This document shows positions 18,117 through 25,700 of a DNA stretch of 64,000 bases, in pieces. This stretch comes from Verrucomicrobiales bacterium (GTDB lineage Bacteria > Verrucomicrobiota > Verrucomicrobiia > Limisphaerales > UBA9464): assembly GCA_016793645.1 (NCBI GenBank), contig JAEUHD010000086.1, forward strand, positions 31,397 through 95,396, written 5' to 3'. Within the stretch, counting starts at the first letter, position 1. The number at the start of each line of letters is the position of its first letter. The position numbers were made by a program, and so were the translations under genes. A model generated the notes under the pieces. That model was given only the letters and a program-made list of their open reading frames with translations, ran no database searches and had not been told where the DNA came from.

Positions 18117-21067
18117 TGTCATCCCGTTCTCCGAATTCCCAAGGGTTCTTCCGGTCACGGCCGATCGTGGGCCGCATTCTTTGGGTCGCAGCCCTGTGGT
18201 TCTCCGCAACCACCTCGCCGTACCTGCTCCACGCGGCGCCGGAGACCGGCCTCCTCGCACACTGGCGGCTGAGTCCTGAATGGAAACAGGGCACCGACCT
18301 CAAGGCGGTCACCGGGCCTTCCCTCTCCTCAATTGGGGTCCGAAGTTTCACCTCCGATCCCAAACCCGGGCAACTGGAGTTCAACCCCGGGGATTCCGGT
18401 CTCTTGGTGGCAGAAAATCCGGACAAGGATCTTCTGCCCCGAAAGGCGATGAGCCTGGAATCCTGGGTCCGCGTTGACGAACCGGAGGCACCCGGGGGAA
18501 TCCTCAGTTACTGCGACGACCGGGAGGGAATGTTCCGGGGATGGCTGCTGGGAGTCCGGGACGGACGATTCTTCTTCGCCCTCGACGCCGGGGACACCGC
18601 CGGGTCCGCCGGTCTCAAGTCACCCGAAACCGCGGAACGCCGTCGATGGTACCACCTTGCCGCCACCTTCGACGGCCGGGTGAAGCAACTCTACGTCAAT
18701 GGTGTGCCCGTTGCCGCCTCGACCAACGGCCTCGCGGAGATCCGGTTTCCCGATGCGGCACCGCTCCTGATCGGAAGTGTCCGGTCGGGCGCGGGCAGCC
18801 ACACGCTGCAGGGAGCGCTGCACGAAGTACTCGTCTACCGACGGGCCCTGGCCTCGGACGAAATCCTCGAACGATTTCAGCGCCGCAAGGCGGAGTTTCC
18901 GGCCCCCGCCCCCGCACCGCCCCCGCTTCGGCTTTCCTTCGGTCCCTTCGCAGAACTGAAGCGGCCAGGCTCCGCCCGGATTGCGTGGGAAGCAAATCCC
19001 GGACAACAAAGCCGCATCGTCGTGGAGGATGGGCCGGACGTGCTGATCCAGGATGCGGCCCCGAATTCCACCGGACCCCGGACCACCATTCTGACGCACC
19101 TCCAACCCAACCGGGAGTACCATTACCGGGTCGTCGGTCCCACGGACGCCGGCACGACCGCGCAAAGCCACCGGTACCTGCTGGACACCAGCTTCGACTA
19201 TTCGCCCCTTCCCATTCCAGAGGTCGGCCAGAACCCGTCGAACGGACAGGATCAGATCCGCGAGGCGGCCGCCCGGATCCTCCAAAGATCCGGGGTCCGG
19301 GATGGTTACTGTGTCCTTTTGGGAGCCGGAGATCCGCGACTCGCACTCGAATTGGTTCGTCAAAGCCAACTGCAGGTGGTTGTCCTCGACCACAACGAGA
19401 ACCGGATCGCCGCCGCGCGGACCCTCCTCGACCAGGGAGGCGCCTACGGCGTCCGAGCCAGCGTCCACCGGATCGCGTCCGGACCGCTTCCCTACGGAGA
19501 CTATTTTGCGAACCTGGTGGTCTCAGGTTCCCCCCTGACCTCAAGCCGTCCCCCCGAAACGGCGGCGGGAGAAGTGTTCCGCATCCTGCGACCGGAGGGT
19601 GGGACGCTCCTGTTGGGTGAATTGAATGCCTCCACCCGTGCCGAATGGGAGCGCTGGCACCTGATGGAACCCAAGGCCAACGACATCCAACCGACCGGGG
19701 AGGGAGCCTGGATGCAGTTTCGAAGGCCCCGCCTCGCGGGCGCCGGCGAATGGAGCCATCAGTACGGAAGTGCGGACAACACCGCGACCAGCATGGACGA
19801 TCTCGTGGGCGGCGATCTCCAGGTCGCGTGGTGGGGGGATCCGGGACCGCGACCCATGCCGGATCGCGGCAATCGCAATCCCGCGCCCCTGAGCGTCCAG
19901 GGACGCCTGTTCATCCAGGGCAACCGGATCCTGTTCGGTCTGGACGCCTACAACGGAACCATCCTGTGGACGCTGTCGGCGCCCGAGGTGCGTCGGGCGA
20001 ATGTGACCCGCGACTGCAGCAACATGGCGGCCGCCGGGAATCATCTGTACGTCGTCCAGGGGCGTTGGCTGCTGAATTTCGACGGGCAATCCGGAACCGT
20101 CCTCCGCCGGCACCCTGCAGACGGGGATGGATCCACGGGTGCCTTTGATTGGGGTTATGTGGCGGCGATCGGCGACCGCGTCATCGGCAGCCGCCAGAAG
20201 CAGGATGCCGCCTATCTGGGTGACGACGGGGAATGGTATGAGGACTTCGACGACCAGCAGACCAGCCGGGTCACAAGTGATCGGCTGTTCTCCCTCGATC
20301 CCGAGACCGGAGCCCGCCCGTGGACCTACGCCGGTGGTGTGATCCTGAATTCCACCCTGACGATTGCCGACGGGATGATTCTGTTCCTCGAAAGCCGCAA
20401 CCCCAAGGCCCTCGCCGCCGCAGGCAGCCGCCTCACCCATGAGCAATTGACCGACCAATACCTCGTCGCCCTCGACCTCAAGACCGGACAAAAGCTTTGG
20501 GAAAAGGGGCACGACTTCAGCGACTGCCAGTACATGACCTATCTGGTCTACAATCAGGGCACCGCCATCGTGACCGGGACCGATCGTGAGAAGAAGTTTC
20601 ACACCTTCGCGTTCAGCGCCCCGGCGCCCGGGCTTTCCGGCGGCGATGATCTGGAAAAATCAATTCCAGGGCGGCTGCTGTGGTCGGACACCCACAAGGA
20701 AGACAAGGGACACCACAGCGGGCATCTTCAGCACCCGCTGGTCCTCGACCAGGTGTTCTACTCCGACCAGAGGGCCTTCGACCTCCGGTCCGGAAAGCTG
20801 TTGCGTATGGACCTTCCGGAACGACGCGGCTGCGGCATCATGTCCGCCTCCCACCGGGCAGTGTTCTTCCGGCATCACTATCAGGGCGTCTGGGATCTGG
20901 CGACCAACCGTCGTTCCCAGTTCGAAGGCATCCGAACCGGCTGCTGGCTGGGCATGATCCCGGCCGGCGGCATGCTGCTGGCCCCGGAGAGCAGCGCCGG
21001 ATGCTCCTGCACCCACGCGATCCAGATCTCCGTTGCCTACGCTCCCAAACCGGCCCCTCCGCGCTAA
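18113..21067 (+). CDS. large exported multidomain protein: LamG-like + FN3/PAP-N-like + class-I methyltransferase-fold + PQQ-like beta-propeller
   Basis: 984 aa from MMSSRSPN (ATGA overlap). LamG_3-type end LHEVLVYRRALASDEI. FN3-like ARIAWEAN...LQPNREYHYRV. Methyltransferase-like CVLLGAGDPRLALELV...VVVLDHNE...VFRILRPEGGTLLLG. Then propeller blades (GRLFIQGNRILFGLDAYNGTILW and others). Confidence 0.7.
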   Translation: MMSSRSPNSQGFFRSRPIVGRILWVAALWFSATTSPYLLHAAPETGLLAHWRLSPEWKQGTDLKAVTGPSLSSIGVRSFTSDPKPGQLEFNPGDSGLLVAENPDKDLLPRKAMSLESWVRVDEPEAPGGILSYCDDREGMFRGWLLGVRDGRFFFALDAGDTAGSAGLKSPETAERRRWYHLAATFDGRVKQLYVNGVPVAASTNGLAEIRFPDAAPLLIGSVRSGAGSHTLQGALHEVLVYRRALASDEILERFQRRKAEFPAPAPAPPPLRLSFGPFAELKRPGSARIAWEANPGQQSRIVVEDGPDVLIQDAAPNSTGPRTTILTHLQPNREYHYRVVGPTDAGTTAQSHRYLLDTSFDYSPLPIPEVGQNPSNGQDQIREAAARILQRSGVRDGYCVLLGAGDPRLALELVRQSQLQVVVLDHNENRIAAARTLLDQGGAYGVRASVHRIASGPLPYGDYFANLVVSGSPLTSSRPPETAAGEVFRILRPEGGTLLLGELNASTRAEWERWHLMEPKANDIQPTGEGAWMQFRRPRLAGAGEWSHQYGSADNTATSMDDLVGGDLQVAWWGDPGPRPMPDRGNRNPAPLSVQGRLFIQGNRILFGLDAYNGTILWTLSAPEVRRANVTRDCSNMAAAGNHLYVVQGRWLLNFDGQSGTVLRRHPADGDGSTGAFDWGYVAAIGDRVIGSRQKQDAAYLGDDGEWYEDFDDQQTSRVTSDRLFSLDPETGARPWTYAGGVILNSTLTIADGMILFLESRNPKALAAAGSRLTHEQLTDQYLVALDLKTGQKLWEKGHDFSDCQYMTYLVYNQGTAIVTGTDREKKFHTFAFSAPAPGLSGGDDLEKSIPGRLLWSDTHKEDKGHHSGHLQHPLVLDQVFYSDQRAFDLRSGKLLRMDLPERRGCGIMSASHRAVFFRHHYQGVWDLATNRRSQFEGIRTGCWLGMIPAGGMLLAPESSAGCSCTHAIQISVAYAPKPAPPR

Positions 21068-21091
21068 GCCAATCGTCCCTTTCCCTTTTCC

Positions 21092-22345
21092 ATGCCCCCC
21101 TGCTCCACCACCTCGTTCACCGTCAATGGACGGACCTACACCCCCCCTGCACGTCCCGTAGCCGTCATCTGCCTCGACGGCTCCGCCGATGAATATCTGG
21201 ATGCCGCCCTGGCCCGGGGACGCATGCCCCACCTCGCGCGCATCAGTGTTTCGGGATGGCGGGGACTCGCCCGGGGCGCCATGCCGAGCTTCACCAACGT
21301 CAACAACAGCTCCATCGTCACGGGGGTGCCTCCGTCCGTGCATGGCATCGGCGGAAACTTCTTTTTCGACACGGCCAGCGGACAGGAGGTCATGATGAAC
21401 TCCGCCGCATTCCTCAGGGCCGAAACCCTGTTTCCCGCCGCGCAACGGGCCGGACGCAGGGTCGCCGTGGTCACGGCGAAGGAGAAGCTGCGGGATATCT
21501 TTGCCCACGGACTGATCCGCGAGGGGGGCATCGCCTTTTCCTCCGAACGCGCGGGGCAGGCCGCTCCCGCCACCCACGGTGTGGGTGATGTGGAATCCCT
21601 CGTGGGTCCCACGCCTCCCATCTACAGCGGGGAAGCCTCCATCTATGTGCTTCGCGCGGGTGTTCGCCTGCTCGCGGCGGGACGGGCCGATTTTCTGTAC
21701 CTGTCCACGACCGACTTCATGCAGCACAAGTTCGGACCGGAGGCGCCGGAAGCCCTCGACTTTTACGCCGCCATTGACGCCGAACTGGGTGCCCTCCTCG
21801 CCGCCGGTGCCGTGGTGGGATTGACCGCCGACCATGGGATGAATGCGAAACAACTCCCGGATGGCTCCCCAAACGTCATTTTCCTGGAAACGGAATTGTC
21901 CGAGCGCTTCGGTCCCGGTTTTCGTGTGATTCTTCCCATCACCGATCCCTACGTGGTGCACCATGGAGCGCTGGGTTCCTTCGCCCAGGTTCACCTCCCG
22001 GCGGAAACCGGCGCATCCCTTGAAATCGCGGAATGGCTGCGATCACGCTCGGGGATCACCGAGGTGCTGACCCGCGATACGGCAGCGCGACTGATGGAAC
22101 TGCCGCCGGACCGCATGGGGGACCTGGTCGTCTGCTCCGCGCGCAATGTCGTCCTGGGCCGGACTCCGGCGTATCACGACCTCAAGGCCATCGAAGGCGG
22201 GCTTCGGTCCCACGGAGGTCGCTACGAGGAAATGGTCCCGTTTGTGTTGAGCGAACCGCTGACGCCCGCCTATCGATCCCGGGCGCAGGGAGATCCTCGG
22301 AACTTCGATATCTTCGAGTTCACGGTGAACGGGACCCATGCCTGA
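21092..22345 (+). CDS. phnA: phosphonoacetate hydrolase (alkaline-phosphatase superfamily)
   Basis: 417 aa. PSFTNVNNSSIVTGVPPSVHGIGGNFFFD, YLSTTDFMQHK, TADHGMNAK and LPITDPYVVHHGALGS match, from memory, the conserved blocks of characterised PhnA enzymes. Confidence 0.7.
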   Translation: MPPCSTTSFTVNGRTYTPPARPVAVICLDGSADEYLDAALARGRMPHLARISVSGWRGLARGAMPSFTNVNNSSIVTGVPPSVHGIGGNFFFDTASGQEVMMNSAAFLRAETLFPAAQRAGRRVAVVTAKEKLRDIFAHGLIREGGIAFSSERAGQAAPATHGVGDVESLVGPTPPIYSGEASIYVLRAGVRLLAAGRADFLYLSTTDFMQHKFGPEAPEALDFYAAIDAELGALLAAGAVVGLTADHGMNAKQLPDGSPNVIFLETELSERFGPGFRVILPITDPYVVHHGALGSFAQVHLPAETGASLEIAEWLRSRSGITEVLTRDTAARLMELPPDRMGDLVVCSARNVVLGRTPAYHDLKAIEGGLRSHGGRYEEMVPFVLSEPLTPAYRSRAQGDPRNFDIFEFTVNGTHA

Positions 22346-22383
22346 TCGGGTGGCATCCGGCTTGGATCCATCCGGCACCTGAG

Positions 22384-23772
22384 TCATCCGGGTCCCGCCT
22401 CCGTGGAACCAGGGGTTCGCCCCTCTCGCAGGCCCAGCCGCAGGACAAATTCAGTGCCCCTGGGTCCGGTCTCCTCCAGTTCCAGTGTGGCACCGAGACT
22501 CCGCGCCAACTGCTGGCTGAGGGCCAATCCCAGCCCGGTCCCACCCTCCTTCTCCGTAACCACGGGCGTGAACAAGCGCTCCCGGACGGACTCCGGCAGC
22601 CCTCCCCCGTCATCCCGCACTCGAAACTCCACGGTTTCCGGAGTCTCGGTCGCCCGAATCCGAACCACCCCGCCGGATGGCGAGGCCTGGACGGCATTTC
22701 GGACGAGGTTTTCCAGGATGAGGAGGGAGACATTGGCATCCCGGTTGGGAATTGGACGCCCGGCCTTCACGGATGATTCCAGGCGGACTGAGTTCTCCCG
22801 GGAGAACGACGCCTCACGCTGCACCAGATGGTCGAGCAGTTCCTGTGGACTAATCTCGTATCGGATTAGTCCGGAGTCCTCCCTTAGAACCCCCGTCACG
22901 GCATCAATCATTGCCTGCATGCGACGCGTCGAATCCGCCGCCTCGGACCATTCGACCCCGGACTCTCGGGAAGGCCCCTTGGCTCCGGTGGACACAAACT
23001 GGCGCAACCCGGCGAGGGGATTCTTGAGGCCATGGATCAGGTGCGACGTCACCGCACCCACCGCCGCCGTTTTGGCGGCAAGCGTCAGCTCCCGATTGAC
23101 ACGGATGAGCCGTCGCTGCGTCTCCGCCAGTTGATGAAACACGAAGGCCAAGGCGACGGTCATGGCTCCTCCGGCCAGGAGAAATGCCAGTCGGGACTGC
23201 CGGCGGAGGGTGGCATCCAGGGATTCGTACTCCGCCTTCAAACCGGACGCGTCGAGGAGAAACTTGGCGTAGGCTTCGGGGACCCCGTCCGCCGACCGAA
23301 TGGGCACGATGACCTCCAGCATCGGCTTGCGGCCGGCCAAGCCGGTTCCCGACAGGTCCGGAGCCGCATCGGAATCCAGTTCCTCGGCGGTGCCGTATCG
23401 ACTGACCGGAGCGCCCTTGCGGACCTCCTCGATCTGCCGGGAGGAAAGATCCGAATCCCCTCCCAACAGCGACAGGGGCGCGTTGAAGGTCCCGTTGGTG
23501 TCGTAGAGGTTCAGCGATTGGACCCCCGGCAACTCCGGAAGGACGGCGGTTTCGAGCAATGCCACCAGATCATCCCCAAACGGTCCACCCCGCGAAAGTC
23601 GGAGCTTCTCGTTCAGGAGGCCCGAGACCAGCGACGCTTCCCGTCGAGCCAGTTGGTCGCGCAACTGAACTCGCAGCGAGTTCCGGGTGAAGTCCACCGC
23701 CAATGCCAGCAACACCAGCGCGAGCAGGATGCCCAAAGCCGGAAGCCAACGCGATGACAGCAGCGGTCTCAA
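22384..23772 (-). CDS. sensor histidine kinase (two TM helices, periplasmic sensor domain)
   Basis: N-terminal TM, a ~170-aa periplasmic region and a second TM. H-box SHLIHGLKNPLAGL, N-box ENLVRNAVQA and G-box GGTGLGLALS. Confidence 0.88.
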   Translation of the reverse strand: MRPLLSSRWLPALGILLALVLLALAVDFTRNSLRVQLRDQLARREASLVSGLLNEKLRLSRGGPFGDDLVALLETAVLPELPGVQSLNLYDTNGTFNAPLSLLGGDSDLSSRQIEEVRKGAPVSRYGTAEELDSDAAPDLSGTGLAGRKPMLEVIVPIRSADGVPEAYAKFLLDASGLKAEYESLDATLRRQSRLAFLLAGGAMTVALAFVFHQLAETQRRLIRVNRELTLAAKTAAVGAVTSHLIHGLKNPLAGLRQFVSTGAKGPSRESGVEWSEAADSTRRMQAMIDAVTGVLREDSGLIRYEISPQELLDHLVQREASFSRENSVRLESSVKAGRPIPNRDANVSLLILENLVRNAVQASPSGGVVRIRATETPETVEFRVRDDGGGLPESVRERLFTPVVTEKEGGTGLGLALSQQLARSLGATLELEETGPRGTEFVLRLGLREGRTPGSTEAGPG

Positions 23773-23787
23773 CCAGAGACCCCGGGC

Positions 23788-24954
23788 TCAGAACTCGAAC
23801 TCGAATCCAGCCGCCGAGGTCGTGGCACCGTAATTGTCCTGGGGCGTATTGGCGATGGAAGTTTCCCAGGAGAACCGGACAAATCCCATCACGTGGTCCG
23901 TGATTTCATAGGTTGCCTGAAGTCCCAGGGAGTATTCCTGTCGGTCCCGAAGCGTCGATTCCTCCGGAGCACTTGTCTGTTCGGTGTACTGGTACCAACC
24001 CGCCGCGCCCTCCGCGGACAACACCCAGCGTCCAAACGATCCCTGGATTCCGGCACCCACCCGGAATCGATTGTAGTTATAGTACCCCGTGCCGTTGTCC
24101 CTCGCCGTGGTAAACCCGGCCGAAAGCGTGGTACGCCACTGTTTTTCCCGATCCCAATACTGCTGCCACTTCCCGTTCACCGTATTCAATTGCAGGTGCT
24201 CGACCACAAGGGTCACCGGATTGATGACCTCCCCCCCCGGGGTCAGCAGGGGCGTCGCCGTGGAATACACCCGCTCCGTCCAGGAATACCCGAGGGACGC
24301 CGTGGAGCCATTGCCCAGACGGCGGGTGAGGAGCAACTGGGGACCGGCCTCGAGGAATCCGTCCGGCGCCACGGACAAACCCTGGTAGGTCAACGGCACC
24401 TCGATGCCCGCAAGCCAGTTGGTTCCCACGCGTCCGGAGAAGTTCGGACGAAAAATCACCGTATTTCCGCGAACCTGCTCGGGGCCCTTTGGGTAGGCCC
24501 CCAGTTCGGACAGGTCGACGACCTGATTGGCGTACATCCAGATCAGAGTGCCGCCGGCATTCCACCAAGACGGCGATTCGTGCTCGTAGCTGAACTGGGA
24601 GAGGAAATTCTGCTGGCCAGGAACGTCCTCATCACTGAAGTAACGGCGATCATCCCCGGTGAGGAAGATGCTGGCGGTGTCCCCGTCCGTCGGCAGTCGG
24701 AAAAACAGGAGATCCCCTCCATACTCGAAGAATGCCGCCGGTTTCCGAGCATCCGACTGGAACGCGAGGGATGGATTGCTGTTGTAGCCCCCGCTGGTCC
24801 GTAGCGAGAGGGACGAGTCCCAGAGCACGAACGGCGAAGGCTCTGCCATCGGTTCAGGAAACTGCACCTGACCTCCATGCAGGTGCGTGTACAGCACGGT
24901 GGACAGGGCGGCCTGCACGAACACCGAGGAACAGCTCGTGGGACGTCGAATCAA
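23788..24954 (-). CDS. outer-membrane beta-barrel protein (uncharacterised)
   Basis: Alternating amphipathic beta-strand pattern, rich in aromatic residues and Gly. The C-terminus ...AAGFEFEF ends in Phe, typical of OMPs. Confidence 0.6.
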   Translation of the reverse strand: MIRRPTSCSSVFVQAALSTVLYTHLHGGQVQFPEPMAEPSPFVLWDSSLSLRTSGGYNSNPSLAFQSDARKPAAFFEYGGDLLFFRLPTDGDTASIFLTGDDRRYFSDEDVPGQQNFLSQFSYEHESPSWWNAGGTLIWMYANQVVDLSELGAYPKGPEQVRGNTVIFRPNFSGRVGTNWLAGIEVPLTYQGLSVAPDGFLEAGPQLLLTRRLGNGSTASLGYSWTERVYSTATPLLTPGGEVINPVTLVVEHLQLNTVNGKWQQYWDREKQWRTTLSAGFTTARDNGTGYYNYNRFRVGAGIQGSFGRWVLSAEGAAGWYQYTEQTSAPEESTLRDRQEYSLGLQATYEITDHVMGFVRFSWETSIANTPQDNYGATTSAAGFEFEF

Positions 24955-25045
24955 AACAGTAGGATCCGCGGCAACCTTGAAGAGGCCCCCCGTCCCCTGT
25001 CAAACAAACCGGCTACCCCCCCGAGGGCCAACCCCCACCACCCGG

Positions 25046-25504
25046 CTACTTCCTCGGACGATTCCGAACGCCACTCTCTCCCAGCCCTTCCTCAAACGGC
25101 CGCGAGGAACTCAGCGTCCTCTGAACCTCCTTGATCCGCTCCTTGAGCTCCGCCCGGATCTGCCGGGTCTGCTGAAGAAACTCTGCACGATTTGCCTTCA
25201 TCTGTTCCTTCAGCTTTTCCCGCTCACTCTTGGTGGCACCCTCGGCGCGCTTCCAAACCTCCTTCTGGCGCTCGACGTAGCTCTGCGCCCGGGTTCGAAA
25301 GTCCTCCGCCAATCCCTTTACAGACTCCGGCAGCTCCAAGTTGGAGGGAATCTTGAGATCGGGGACATCCACCCCGGAAACCGGCTCCGTGACCGCAGGC
25401 CTGACTTCATGGCGATCCCCCACTCCATCGGCCGCCTCCAGCGCCCGGGCCGTCAGCAACCCCAACAACAGGACTGCAACCTTCAAGTGCGTGATCGGCT
25501 TCAT
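25046..25504 (-). CDS. small exported helical protein, Spy/CpxP/ZraP-like by composition
   Basis: Signal peptide MKPITHLKVAVLLLGLLTARALEA, then a K/E/R/Q-rich helical region (EREKLKEQMKANRAEFLQQTRQIRAELKERIKEVQ). I chose the start at 25504 over 25564 because of the signal peptide. Confidence 0.55.
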   Translation of the reverse strand: MKPITHLKVAVLLLGLLTARALEAADGVGDRHEVRPAVTEPVSGVDVPDLKIPSNLELPESVKGLAEDFRTRAQSYVERQKEVWKRAEGATKSEREKLKEQMKANRAEFLQQTRQIRAELKERIKEVQRTLSSSRPFEEGLGESGVRNRPRK

Positions 25505-25576
25505 GGTTTCCAACTCACTCCCCTCGCCTGGACGATAGGTATCAGGACGACTGAGATCTGCCACTTAAGATTCAAA

Positions 25577-25591
25577 GCTAGCGAGATGCCA
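25577..25591 (-). promoter_or_regulatory. candidate sigma-54 (-24/-12) promoter
   Basis: The minus strand reads TGGCATCTCGCTAGC. The GG and GC dinucleotides have canonical spacing (TGGCA-N9-GC); the -12 element is TAGC rather than TTGC. It lies ~70 nt upstream of the ATG at 25504 and directly downstream of a sigma-54 activator gene. Confidence 0.5.
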
Positions 25592-25700
25592 AACCGAATC
25601 CTGACATCCAAATATTGCAAAACTCTCTAAATTAGGATGATAGAAACTAAAATAGGTAAAGGCACATACGAAACAAATCTCCGGATTATGTCGAAGGCCC

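Noticed and set aside
20660-21994. 444-aa minus-strand ORF spanning the end of the LamG/propeller gene and most of phnA
   Set aside because: It crosses an intergenic boundary of two well-supported plus-strand genes and has shadow-frame composition.
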